In this document: piece by piece, positions 27,301 to 36,391 of the stretch
Numbering within the stretch: position 1 is the first letter of the stretch
Layout: each line of letters starts with the position of its first letter
Assembly: GCA_038911065.1 (NCBI GenBank)
Contig: JBCKBR010000002.1
Coordinates: 14,957-78,956, forward strand
Source of the DNA: Gaiellales bacterium
GTDB lineage: Bacteria; Actinomycetota; Thermoleophilia; Gaiellales; F1-60-MAGs149
DNA: 64,000 bases
Direction: 5' to 3'
Translations under genes and position numbers: made by a program
Notes under the pieces: model-generated
What the model was told of the DNA's origin: nothing
Database searches by the model: none
The model's input: the letters and a program-made list of their open reading frames with translations, nothing else

Positions 27301-27885
27301 CTGATCTGGCGCGGCCTCAATCTTGGCGAGTGCCTCGAGGACCGGATGAAATGGGTGTGTCGCGATAGTTTCCAGTGCAGCTGATGACAACGCTCCGCGC
27401 TTTAGGAGCGCATGGAAGGCGATATCAGCGCGATGTGGGGGCGACCATGAGTGGGTACCAGGGCGCGAACCGCTGCGCCATCCGAGAAGCGGCAGCGAGA
27501 GATCCGCGGGCAGTTCTCGCCGCATGGCGAGGTCAATCTTTCCTTGGAATCCCGAAGCCGTTGCAATGCGCCGGGCAATGAGGCGCGGCAGCGAGGGCAC
27601 GCTTGTGGCAAGGCTCTCAAGCCAGAATGGCCACGCTCCCTCCGCTCCGTGCTCGCCAAGACAAGTCCTCAACGCGAGCGCCGGCATTGCATACTCGTCT
27701 TCCGGCGAAATTGCGACGCTCCGACCATCAACGATCGCAGCCGTGATCTCGTACCACGCGCGTGCAGCATCCAGATCACCCTCCTCATGGGCGAGCAAAC
27801 CAAGATTGGACATCACATCCGGATCATCAGGCGCAATAACATCATCCGAACTCTGCTGCTGCTTCTTCTTGGAAAGCCCCATCAC
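24334..27885 (-). CDS. large HEAT/leucine-rich-variant repeat protein G, headed by the shared N-cap and one Sel1 module
   Basis: MMGLSKKKQQQSSDD...AARAWYE, then repeats such as LATHKSPDVRFAFA, LARHSDPYVREAIA and LAEDADPRVRHTVA. A ~90-aa C-terminal unit is duplicated. Confidence 0.82.
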   Translation of the reverse strand: MMGLSKKKQQQSSDDVIAPDDPDVMSNLGLLAHEEGDLDAARAWYEITAAIVDGRSVAISPEDEYAMPALALRTCLGEHGAEGAWPFWLESLATSVPSLPRLIARRIATASGFQGKIDLAMRRELPADLSLPLLGWRSGSRPGTHSWSPPHRADIAFHALLKRGALSSAALETIATHPFHPVLEALAKIEAAPDQAIEALARFAKPDVAIAICAREELPTAAHESLATHKSPDVRFAFAVKHAWDADRPVLAALARDRSPRTAAAVSRACPSEFAELAPDRRIQDDTAYSIEGMTRDRTRAPYRERWRAAHDELDTSYLKRLASHRDAIVRSRIVRRPDAPNTLVLQAAHDPSIVVLLSAIRSQPVPTAVELLRITESSVAANQDPEVADRETALAWARRALIERLDIDDDAVRSLLDLSNATHILLAERSDLPRFAISHLARHSDPYVREAIAERGDITKAIADELLGDEDDVVALTVLSSNASKLPAGGVTARIERFKPASKLLAALLIPSDNKHAKRVMTQLAEDADPRVRHTVATRPDLKNITGSGFNSLIKALATDPELRIRTAVAARRDLPKAVRQLADKHQAEAARAAANVDKSADERPTNSRPGDPQALPAELTEIAALSSDQFREEIQARHRGKDRSLDLVLQSAGYLPNQLQNLVTEVSTWVTTKGHSWGDDLADERSARRRELVRIQKLMLSSFPAMTPHAKRIFIRGLLPESATLLVEQRYDALSEMDRKKLRAHSNPRVAAAIQGREAILTTTGADTNKHASGVSREQVDAMTLNAVIRYVSDRVAWPDLVEHVLTTRVLEPTATSSRYKLSKEFDGMTELVIAIATNPEALRLTSPASIRSLLGWNTGQIASRGWDSVTSARQGDKWAVEEALARNRDVLPDEIIRMLEASTSRKVKAILREQNREPRASSIAISHATRASMSDDAFADAMAATDAATIQAVIANNDLLLAATPQQQADLVRRADPKSARALATKAATLAPETQVAIAKSKLFVARRALASIGPAALCDEARTILEDDDDEGVSKIVNSWSTAKPAPTKRTPSAAAKRPRKANAAQSGTGDVDARIAAQDQGDLLAIIADDALLKSLTPAQQVALAEHRSVDVPRALAKKAPLLHADAQQALASSRIFTARRELVRTAGKLLSPDLLKSLAADDDEVVRKIVEAIRRDA

Positions 27886-28089
27886 GCCCTCTCCTACCTG
27901 GTGTCCTACCAGTAGTCGCGCACGCCGTGATGGCTGCTACGGAGTTCGCGGTGTGAATCTATCACGACCCAAGTCGTAATCATCATGCTGTTACGATCTA
28001 AGCATGGCTGCCTCTTTGCCATCGTCTGCGCGCCCGTTAGATCAACTCGACAAGACGCTCGGATTCGTCCGCATGGCGAGGGAGTACAA

Positions 28090-28455
28090 ATGAAGGTTTG
28101 TACAGCGTGCTGGGAGTACGTCAGCAAAGACGTATGCGACTCGTGTGGCGACGACTCGGAGTTGAGTGACGAGTCGGATCTCATCGCCGCTCAACGAGTA
28201 CTGCTTTGGATGTTTAATGATGGCGAGGACCTCGTCGCAGCCTTCATTAGCGACGTTTGCGACTGGGACAAGGTGACTGAGGATGATCTCGGCGAAGCAG
28301 CGACATGGCGCTCCTTTCGCACGTACGTAGAGCGAGCGCGGCGACCGTTGACGCAGCTTCCGGACGGAACACGAATCGACGATCCGTCGATCGGGTCTTG
28401 GGTCATCGACGACATCCTCCGCGAACATGCTGACATCCTTCGCAGCATCGATTGA
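28090..28455 (+). CDS. hypothetical protein with N-terminal CxxC-CxxC
   Basis: MKVCTACWEYVSKDVCDSCG, with GAGGGAG RBS. Confidence 0.6.
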   Translation: MKVCTACWEYVSKDVCDSCGDDSELSDESDLIAAQRVLLWMFNDGEDLVAAFISDVCDWDKVTEDDLGEAATWRSFRTYVERARRPLTQLPDGTRIDDPSIGSWVIDDILREHADILRSID

Positions 28456-28519
28456 TGACCGTGAGTGAAGAGCACTTGATCAGCCGTTATGATGAGTCAA
28501 TATTCAGTGGTCACCACCC

Positions 28520-28753
28520 GTGGTCGGCCGGCCGATGATTGCGGGATTCTCGGCGGCTTCTGTGACGACATACTCGATCAGTGCAAGTGGATCAGCGCGA
28601 GTCTCAACGACCGTCCGCGGCTCCTGCACCGTCACCAGTGGCAAAGCCCCCTGCAAGATCAAGCTCCCCTCGAAGGGGAAGTGGGTGGTGGCGATCACGC
28701 CGAAGAAGAACGGCAAGACGGGCAAGCCCGCAACGAAGACCATCAAACTCTGA
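28520..28753 (+). pseudogene. orphan basic C-terminal domain of a secreted protein
   Basis: GSCTVTSGKAPCKIKLPSKGKWVVAITPKKNGKTGKPATKTIKL*, strongly coding-like but with no good start. Confidence 0.35.
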
Positions 28754-28791
28754 GTATCGTGCGGGCATGGTGATCCGACCCGCCACTTCAG

Positions 28792-30420
28792 ATGAGTGAT
28801 GCTAACTCCAACGAGGGCATCCAGCAGACCTTCCTCAACGACCTGATCACAGCGGTCGGCGGTGGCATCAAGACCAAGCATCAACTTGCCGTGGCGCTCG
28901 GGCAGAAGTATCAGATTGATACTCGTGCGATCAACCAGTGGCTCTACCGCTACGAGGGGTCGTACTTTGCCAAGGATCGATCACCTCAGGACGGCCTGCC
29001 AAGCTGGTCGTTGATCAATGCGCCGACGGCCCGGCTTGAGCGCTCGCGGTCCGAGGCTTCGCCAACAGAATGCCCGATCAATATCCGAAAGGAACGGTGG
29101 GAGCGGCTGCGCACGTGGCAGCGAGATGCCATCGTTGCGTGGCTCAAAAACGATGAGCGGGGAATCGTTGAGGCGGTGACGGGCGCGGGCAAGAGCGACG
29201 TGGGGATTGCGCTGGCTGAGCACTACCTCAACGCCGGCTCGCGCGTAATCGTGCTCGTGCCGACGAACACCCTGAAGGCTCAATGGGCGGGCAGGCTGCA
29301 CGAGGACGTGTGTGATCACCTCGGAATCAGCGTCGAGGAGATTTCGGCAACCACCTCAAGCGCGTGGCAGCGAGCTCGCGTGATTGTGGCGCACCCGACC
29401 ACGGTTGCGCGAGCGCTCGAGTCGGGGCGACTCGACCCAGACACGGTCGGGCTCCTGATCGCAGACGAAGCGCATCATTACGGCGCAGCGTCTTGGCGGA
29501 ATGCTCTCGGGGACGGCTTCGGCGCGCGCCTCGGCCTCTCAGCCACGATTGATCGTGCCGACGAGAGTTACGACGACGTGCTCGACCCGTATTTCGGTGG
29601 GATCGTTTACACGTTGGATTTCCAGCGCGCATACGGGTTCAAGCTGCTCGCACCATTCCGGCTGGCGTATGTCGGATGTGAGTTTGACGAGGACGAGCGG
29701 GCGATGTATGACGCGGCCGCAGCGAGGCACAAGACCGCACGCAAGAGCCTGCTCAAGCTCTGTCCCGATCTCGAGAGTGTTGAGGGCTCGGGATTCTTCG
29801 CAAAGGTCTCGCGTCTTGCCAAGTCACCCGATAACAAGCAGGTCGGTATGGCGGCTGGCGCGCTGCTGTCGGCGATCACCGAACAGCGTTCTTTGCGGGC
29901 ATCGTGCTCGGGCAAACTGCGTGCGTTACCGGAGGTTCTCCGCGTCACGGAGTACCGCCATAGCGCCATCGTTTTCGCCGGCACCATTGCTGCTGCGCAG
30001 AAGGCGAAGGATGCCTGTGATGCGATTGGAGTGTCGGGGAGGCAGATCACCAAGGACACGCCGCAGTTGGAGCGAGGGCGGATTCTCAAAAAGTTTCGCG
30101 GCGGCTCGGTTCGCGTGCTGATCGGACCGCAGACGCTCGACGAGGGCCTCGATGTGCCCGAGGCTGATCTTGGCATCGTGATCAGCGCGAGCCGTTCCCG
30201 CCGACAGATGGTTCAGCGCTTTGGTCGTCTACTCCGCAAGAAGGCTGAAGATCGCGATGCTGCCATCGTGGTGCTGTACGTCATTGATACGAACGAGGAC
30301 CCGACGCATCCGAGCCGGGACGGCTTCATCGAGGACCTTGAGGATCTCTCCACGCCCGATTGCAAGACGTTTCGAGCGGATACGGAAATGCGACAGTTGG
30401 TCGCATATCTCATGCCGTAG
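28792..30420 (+). CDS. superfamily II DEAD/DEAH helicase (ResIII/XPB-like)
   Basis: LRTWQRDA, AVTGAGKS, IADEAHH, LSAT, LDEGLDVP and QRFGRLLR. Confidence 0.92.
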   Translation: MSDANSNEGIQQTFLNDLITAVGGGIKTKHQLAVALGQKYQIDTRAINQWLYRYEGSYFAKDRSPQDGLPSWSLINAPTARLERSRSEASPTECPINIRKERWERLRTWQRDAIVAWLKNDERGIVEAVTGAGKSDVGIALAEHYLNAGSRVIVLVPTNTLKAQWAGRLHEDVCDHLGISVEEISATTSSAWQRARVIVAHPTTVARALESGRLDPDTVGLLIADEAHHYGAASWRNALGDGFGARLGLSATIDRADESYDDVLDPYFGGIVYTLDFQRAYGFKLLAPFRLAYVGCEFDEDERAMYDAAAARHKTARKSLLKLCPDLESVEGSGFFAKVSRLAKSPDNKQVGMAAGALLSAITEQRSLRASCSGKLRALPEVLRVTEYRHSAIVFAGTIAAAQKAKDACDAIGVSGRQITKDTPQLERGRILKKFRGGSVRVLIGPQTLDEGLDVPEADLGIVISASRSRRQMVQRFGRLLRKKAEDRDAAIVVLYVIDTNEDPTHPSRDGFIEDLEDLSTPDCKTFRADTEMRQLVAYLMP

Positions 30421-30502
30421 GGAGCTGGCTGGAACACCACCTACGCGCCTGGCACTAGGTGTTCTCAACCTCCCGCTTGCGCCGCTGCCCCGCCTCACCA
30501 AT

Positions 30503-30550
30503 ACCCCGCTCCCGCCATACCACGCGCGTGCGGGGCGACGGGAGCGGGGT
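30503..30550. terminator. GC-rich hairpin between convergent genes
   Basis: ACCCCGCTCCCG-N24-CGGGAGCGGGGT. Confidence 0.5.
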
Positions 30551-30558
30551 GGTGGTGC

Positions 30559-31080
30559 TTACTCGGTCTGCTCGTCCGCCGGCAGTGCATCCGTTGTCCA
30601 CTCATTCGCCGGCCATGTGTCCACCGACAGCTCGTCTGCCGACAATTCCAGCGGCTTGGGCGGGCTGTAGCCGCGCATTCCGCGAATACCGGTCGCCGGG
30701 GCGGGTGGCACGCGTGGAATCGTCATCTCGCCGATCGTGCGGTCGTAGTCCTGGGGGTCGCAGACGAGCTCGTTGATGAGTCTCGGTCCGGGCTTTGCCG
30801 GCGCGAAGCTGCAGATCGCGACGAGGACTTCGATCGTGTTGCACCACGCGCTGGTTGCCTGTTCGAGGTGCGTGCGGAGCACGGCGACGGGCTGTGACTC
30901 GTCCACATCCTTGAAGAACACGGGTATCAGCACCTGGTGCTGCGTGTAGGCGTAGTTGAGGCGCTGGTTCGAGCGGTTGTACAGCCACTGCACGGCCTCA
31001 ACGGAGAGGCCGGGGTAGTGGTCTGCACGCGGCCGAAAGGGCGCGTCAGGGTTGACGGGGGGTGGAGTCTGGTTAGGCAC
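30559..31080 (-). CDS. hypothetical protein
   Basis: 173 aa, AGAGGAG RBS before GTG, high GC3. Confidence 0.6.
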   Translation of the reverse strand: MPNQTPPPVNPDAPFRPRADHYPGLSVEAVQWLYNRSNQRLNYAYTQHQVLIPVFFKDVDESQPVAVLRTHLEQATSAWCNTIEVLVAICSFAPAKPGPRLINELVCDPQDYDRTIGEMTIPRVPPAPATGIRGMRGYSPPKPLELSADELSVDTWPANEWTTDALPADEQTE

Positions 31081-31192
31081 GAGGGGGTTCTCCTCTGGAA
31101 AGCCACTAGGCGTCTGCAGGATGCGGACGCATGGGTAGGTCGCGGCTGGTCACGCACCGCTTACGCGCGATTGTTCGCGTGAGTATTGTGTA

Positions 31193-32167
31193 GTGACGAT
31201 GACGCAGGACCTTGGACAGATCGAGCACGTCGATCCGCGTTCGTACTGGAAGAATGAAGCGCACGACTTCACGCCTTGGCTTCGGGAAAACATCGGGCTT
31301 CTCGCGGCGGCGCTCGGTCTGGAACTCGATCCTGCCGTGGATAGTGAGGTTGCGGTGGGGCCGTTTTCTGCTGATCTTGTCGCGACCGACCTTTCGACCG
31401 GAGCCATTGTTCTTGTTGAAAATCAGCTTGAACAGACCGACCATTCTCACCTTGGGCAACTGATCACCTACGCAAGTGGTTTGGGTGCGACTGAACTCAT
31501 CTGGGTGACACCGACGATGCGGGATGAGCATCGTCAGGCCATGACGTGGCTCAACGAGAACACGAGCGAGGACGTGCGGTTCTACGGCGTCGAGGTCGAG
31601 TTGCTCCGCATTGGCGATTCGCCACTCGCGCCTAATTTCAAGGTCGTCGTTGCTCCAAGCGAGTGGCAAAAGGCGGGGAATGCGGCCAAAAAGGGAACGA
31701 TGTCTGAGCGCAATCAGCGTTACCGCGAGTATTGGGCCAGAATGCTCGAAGATTTGCGAGAGCGTGATCCCGCGTTCACAAGCTTGGATCCCAAAAATGC
31801 GCCGGCTAGGGGCTGGATGGCTTTCACGCTAGGACGAAGTGGCATCAGTACAAATCCGGTGTTTGGCTGGGAGAAAGCTGGCTACCGCATGCGCGTCGAG
31901 GTGTACATCAACCTTGGGGAGCAAGATCAGTGCAAGCACGCATTTGATGGTCTGTACGCTCAGAAGTCTGAGATCGAGAGCGAACTAGGTCAGGCACTCG
32001 AGTGGACCCGCCGCGACGACATTCGGGTCTCGAGGATCTATCTGGCTAAGGCAGGCAGAATTAATGATGCTGACGATCTACTCGCTGAACACCGCGATTG
32101 GATGATCACGAGCCTCATTGCGCTGCGCAAGGCGTTCGCGCCGCGCGTCAAGGCGCTGTCCTTATAG
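31193..32167 (+). CDS. DUF4268 protein with N-terminal NucS-like endonuclease domain
   Basis: WKNEAHDFTPWL, ADLVA...LVENQL...DHSHLGQLITYA, and C-terminal KSEIESELGQALEW...SRI. Confidence 0.85.
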   Translation: MTMTQDLGQIEHVDPRSYWKNEAHDFTPWLRENIGLLAAALGLELDPAVDSEVAVGPFSADLVATDLSTGAIVLVENQLEQTDHSHLGQLITYASGLGATELIWVTPTMRDEHRQAMTWLNENTSEDVRFYGVEVELLRIGDSPLAPNFKVVVAPSEWQKAGNAAKKGTMSERNQRYREYWARMLEDLRERDPAFTSLDPKNAPARGWMAFTLGRSGISTNPVFGWEKAGYRMRVEVYINLGEQDQCKHAFDGLYAQKSEIESELGQALEWTRRDDIRVSRIYLAKAGRINDADDLLAEHRDWMITSLIALRKAFAPRVKALSL

Positions 32168-32177
32168 TTTCGAGTGT

Positions 32178-32852
32178 ATGATTCAGCGTGAGATGTTGGG
32201 GCGAATTGCATACTCCGGTGCCGTTGTAGGTGCGGTGGCAGTGGCCGCATGGAGTGTTCTCTTTGCGACGTCGCCATCGCCAGTTCTAGCTCAAGATGTC
32301 GCTGCGATTTCGCCGCCGGCAAGTTCGACTGTGAATGACAGTGATTTGGTCACGTTTTCGTGGTCGCCAGATAGTGGTCAGGATCAGTTCAAGATCATCT
32401 TTTCACAGATAAATTGGTCGAGTTGGAGTATGTGGGATGCCTCGCTATACAAGACGTCTTGGATTTTTGGCACATCGCGCCTTGTGCGGCCAGACTTTGA
32501 GGGGCTGAGCGTGGGAACCTGGTACTGGCGCATCTGCGCTGCGTGGTCGTCGGACGGCCTCTTCCCGACTTGCTACTTGACTTCGGCTGGGGGAGTCCTT
32601 GATGTGGTGACGGCAGAATCCATCGTTGCGTCGAATGCGCCTCTTAGCCTTGCGGCTGCGAAGCAAGGCGCTCGCTGGGTTGGCATGCGCAAGTTTCGCG
32701 GCCGGTATGTTGGGGCTGTGTGCGTGAAGCACTCCGTGTCTCAGGCACTCTGCTACGTCCGCATGAAACGGAATGGCAAGGGGTATGCGCGATACGTGTA
32801 CCTGTCCAATGATTCGTATGGTGATCTCTCGTACTCGCTGACCGGTTTCTAG
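32178..32852 (+). CDS. secreted hypothetical protein
   Basis: Hydrophobic N-terminus, Fn3-like GTWYWRICA segment and a basic Cys-containing tail. Confidence 0.65.
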   Translation: MIQREMLGRIAYSGAVVGAVAVAAWSVLFATSPSPVLAQDVAAISPPASSTVNDSDLVTFSWSPDSGQDQFKIIFSQINWSSWSMWDASLYKTSWIFGTSRLVRPDFEGLSVGTWYWRICAAWSSDGLFPTCYLTSAGGVLDVVTAESIVASNAPLSLAAAKQGARWVGMRKFRGRYVGAVCVKHSVSQALCYVRMKRNGKGYARYVYLSNDSYGDLSYSLTGF

Positions 32853-33160
32853 CGCCTAACCGAAGCGCTGTGTCGTTAAATCGATTCGCTCATGCGAGAA
32901 GGCTTGCTTGATACCCGCGCGTAAGCCAGCCACGAAGCAGGCTGGGGCTTGTTATTTCATGCCGCGCGAGCACCTCATGGCCGGCGTCAATACGGGCAAG
33001 GACACTGCGGTGATGCTCGATATCTTCACGGTCCCGATTGGCGTGATTGGCGACGGTGTGGGAGCTCGGGCTCCGGTAGGAGCAGGGTATTGACACTTCG
33101 TTCGTATCATGATGTCCGGTTGGATACGATGGTGGCGAGCAGTAATGGAGGGTGTGGACT

Positions 33161-34711
33161 GTGGCCGACCTTGCTGAGGGAACCGAATTCGCCGGGTACG
33201 TGATTCGAGAACGGATCGGTCGCGGAGCGATGGGCGTTGTCTATCGCGCCGAGGACCCGAAGCTCTCTCGCGAGGTTGCCCTTAAGGTCGTTGCAGAGCA
33301 TTTGGCCGAGGATGATCAGTTCCGTGCGCGTTTTGCTCAGGAGGCAAAGGCTGCCGCTCGCGTTGAGCATCCGGGTGTTGTTGCGATCTACCAGACCGGC
33401 GAGGAGAACGGAATTCCGTTTCTCGCTATGCGCCTGATTCGAGGGCGAGAGCTCTCGCAGGTCCTCGCTGAGCGCGGCAAGATCCCTGTCGCGGAAGCCG
33501 TTCGCATCCTCACGCCGATTGCTGAGGGGCTTGATGCGGCACACGCTGCAGGCATCGTGCATCGCGACGTGAAGCCCGCGAACATCCTCGTGCCCAATGA
33601 TGGTTCGCCTGCCGTGCTCGTCGATTTCGGGATTGGTCGCGTGATGCAAGGCACGCGAGCAACACAAACCGGCAGTTGGGTTGGGACGGTTGATTACGTC
33701 GCGCCGGAGCAGATTCGAGGCGCGGATGTTGACGGTCGCGCAGATCAGTACTCGCTGGGCTGTGTCCTTTACGAGATGGTTGAGGGCAAGCCACCATTCG
33801 AGCGTGGAGACGCGATTCAGACGATGTTTGCGCACGCGAGCGAGGATGTTCCGCTGAGTTCGGTGGATGAGCCGGGGGTGCGCGCTGCGTTCAACCGCGC
33901 TTTGGCGAAGGACCCCGATGCTCGCTTCCAATCCTGTGCTGAGTTGGTCGCGGTAGCTAGCGGCACGCGACGTGCCGACGCGATACCTCTGACAAGCGGC
34001 AAGACCGGTACCGTTATTGCCTCAGGGTCGCCTCGAATGGCTAAGGCCGTCACCACGAATTCATCTCCTGCTGCTGCGAGCGAGACCGAAGTGCGTGGGG
34101 GACGCAAATCACCAGGAAGTGGCAGGAAGTGGCTACTTGCAGGCATTGGTGCGGCAGCGGTTGTCGCTATCGCTGCCACGATTGGCTTCGTGGCGTTCTC
34201 GGGCGGTGGTGCCGACAATGCGCAAAGTGCGGTTTCCGCGACCACGACAGAGCAGCCCATCACGACCGCCGTGGATCCAGCACTCGTCAAGCTCAGGGCG
34301 ATTGACGCGCGCTACCGAACTGCCGCATCGCGATTCCAAGGGGAGATTAATACGGATTTCGAAGGGGAGGCGGATACGCATTACAAGGCTGCTCAGCGTG
34401 AGTGGAAGGCTTGCAAAGCCTCGGGGGATAGCCAATGCACGTGGGATACGTGGGTGCAATACGCACGGTGGATGAAATCGCAGCACAATCAGCTCGCTGG
34501 AATCCTGCGAACGGCGCAGGAGCAAGCAGCCATTGCGGGCATTTGTCAAGACGGCTATGACAATCCGCTTCAGTACCACGACAAGATGGCTCTGCTCCAA
34601 CAAGAGTCTATCAACGCCACTATCGCGAGAGACAATGATCGCGTTGGTGTCACAGATAAAAGGATCGGCGCGGCTACAGATTTATATGTGCTGCCAACCT
34701 GCAATCCGTGA
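33161..34711 (+). CDS. receptor-type Ser/Thr protein kinase 1
   Basis: IGRGAMGVVY, VALK, HRDVKPAN, DFG and APE, then a TM helix and a Cys-containing extracellular helical domain. Confidence 0.95.
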   Translation: MADLAEGTEFAGYVIRERIGRGAMGVVYRAEDPKLSREVALKVVAEHLAEDDQFRARFAQEAKAAARVEHPGVVAIYQTGEENGIPFLAMRLIRGRELSQVLAERGKIPVAEAVRILTPIAEGLDAAHAAGIVHRDVKPANILVPNDGSPAVLVDFGIGRVMQGTRATQTGSWVGTVDYVAPEQIRGADVDGRADQYSLGCVLYEMVEGKPPFERGDAIQTMFAHASEDVPLSSVDEPGVRAAFNRALAKDPDARFQSCAELVAVASGTRRADAIPLTSGKTGTVIASGSPRMAKAVTTNSSPAAASETEVRGGRKSPGSGRKWLLAGIGAAAVVAIAATIGFVAFSGGGADNAQSAVSATTTEQPITTAVDPALVKLRAIDARYRTAASRFQGEINTDFEGEADTHYKAAQREWKACKASGDSQCTWDTWVQYARWMKSQHNQLAGILRTAQEQAAIAGICQDGYDNPLQYHDKMALLQQESINATIARDNDRVGVTDKRIGAATDLYVLPTCNP

Positions 34712-34813
34712 GGGTGGTACTGACTACTCCTCGGATGAGGTCCTAAAGAATTTGGTGTTCGCAAGGAGCAGTTCGATGCGAGTGATGGATTAGGACATAT
34801 CACGCCCCAGCTG

Positions 34814-36379
34814 TTACGTGGATCCATGCAGAAATGTTGGTGTCATTAGGGCGAACGCTTCAGCCGTGTATTTTTTTACGACATTGACCCCCTGCTGGCT
34901 GAGCACATTGAACCTATACGCGCAGCTAAAGGTCTCGCCAAACGACTTTGGCACGCCATCAAAGCAGAACTTATCTATGTCTTCGTCCGTAGCGTAACCA
35001 AACTTGTTTAATCCCCACGTGACCATTGCCACCGCTCGTTTTGCTTGTTCGAGCCCATTGGGCGTGGAAGATCCCGACACCGTTGCGCACACGTCGAGCG
35101 CTTTGGTTGCTTTGTCTAGTTGGCCGAACGTTAAGAGGAGACGAGTGCTTCCGCTTGGCTCGCCAGCTTTGTGGGTGCGCGCACTGTGCATGCCCCTTTT
35201 AACAGCGAGAACAGCTTGATCGCACGATGGGGTTATGCCTGACGCGCTGGTCGCGGCGGTTGTGGTTGTAGTCGCATTAACCCCTAGATCCGCCGCGCTC
35301 GTTGCGTTTCCTGATTGCGCTGAAGAGTTGGTGTTCTTACCCTGGACTACAAAGAATACGAGTGCAATGGCGATCAGCATTGCGCTGACTCCGCAGGCCG
35401 CGATCACGGCCCTCCGCCTACGTTTTTGCGTTTCCGCGCGCGGCTCAGTCGTGCTGTTAGGCATACTCGCCTTGCTCGGTTCACCAATGATCGTGCCCGT
35501 CCGCCCAACCTTCGAAGTGACGACGGTCCCCGTTGGACCCACCGCTGAAGTCGGCGCCGTGCTTCCGCCGGCAGCGCCAATGAGATCGCTGCTCGTGATG
35601 AATCGTTCATCCGGATCCTTGCTGAGCCCGCGAGTGAGGGCTGCTTCGACGGCGTATCGTTGGTCCTCGCGTAGGCGTGTAAGAGGAGGCGGTGCTTCGC
35701 TTGCGTGGGCGAAGAGCGCTTGGATCGTGTCGGCTCGTCGGAAGGGTGGTTGTCCCTCGATCGCTTCGTACAGCACGCACGCGAGGGCGTACTGATCAGA
35801 TCGCCCGTCTACGTCTGCACCGCGGATCTGCTCGGGTGAGACGTAGTCAACGGTTCCAACCCAGGATCCGGTCTGCGTCGCGCGAGTGGATTGGGAAACG
35901 CGGCCAATCCCAAAATCGACGAGCACCGCAGGCGCGCCATCATCGGGCACGAGAATGTTTGCTGGTTTTACGTCTCGATGGACGATCCCCACTGCATGAG
36001 CGGCGTCGAGACCCTCGGCAATCGGCCGTAATAGGCTGATCGCATCAGCCGGAGAGAGTGGCCCGCGCTGCTCGAGGATCGTGGCGAGATCGCTGCCACG
36101 AACGAGGCGCATGGCGATGAAGGGGATCCCGTTCTCTTCACCGGCGGCGTGAATTGTGATGACCGAGGGATGCTCAATGCGCGCTGCAGTACGGGCTTCC
36201 TGGACGAATCGTTCGCGGAAGGCGGGATCTTTGGCGATGTGGTCGGCGACGACTTTGAGCGCTACTTCACGATCGAGACGTGGGTCGCGTGCTCGGTAGA
36301 CGACACCCATGGAGCCCTCGCCGATCACCTCGATGATCTCGTAGCCGGCGAAACTAGATCCGAGTGGGAGCACGGTCAT
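34814..36379 (-). CDS. receptor-type Ser/Thr protein kinase 2
   Basis: IGEGSMGVVY, HRDVKPAN, DFG and SPE, then a TM helix and a different extracellular domain. Confidence 0.95.
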   Translation of the reverse strand: MTVLPLGSSFAGYEIIEVIGEGSMGVVYRARDPRLDREVALKVVADHIAKDPAFRERFVQEARTAARIEHPSVITIHAAGEENGIPFIAMRLVRGSDLATILEQRGPLSPADAISLLRPIAEGLDAAHAVGIVHRDVKPANILVPDDGAPAVLVDFGIGRVSQSTRATQTGSWVGTVDYVSPEQIRGADVDGRSDQYALACVLYEAIEGQPPFRRADTIQALFAHASEAPPPLTRLREDQRYAVEAALTRGLSKDPDERFITSSDLIGAAGGSTAPTSAVGPTGTVVTSKVGRTGTIIGEPSKASMPNSTTEPRAETQKRRRRAVIAACGVSAMLIAIALVFFVVQGKNTNSSAQSGNATSAADLGVNATTTTTAATSASGITPSCDQAVLAVKRGMHSARTHKAGEPSGSTRLLLTFGQLDKATKALDVCATVSGSSTPNGLEQAKRAVAMVTWGLNKFGYATDEDIDKFCFDGVPKSFGETFSCAYRFNVLSQQGVNVVKKYTAEAFALMTPTFLHGST

Positions 36380-36391
36380 CGAATGCCTTGT

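Noticed and set aside
32854-32881. attC-like GCCTAAC...GTTAAAT after a stop codon
   Set aside because: The boxes are only about 15 bp apart, there is no extended hairpin, and no IntI is present.
32908-33093. Possible cupin-like gene fragment (AGACYFMP...GVNTGKDTAVMLDIF)
   Set aside because: Too short and weak to call without a search.
33161-36379. Active inversion between the convergent kinase genes to swap ectodomains
   Set aside because: The proteins are similar but synonymous sites are heavily diverged, leaving no long identical DNA tract.
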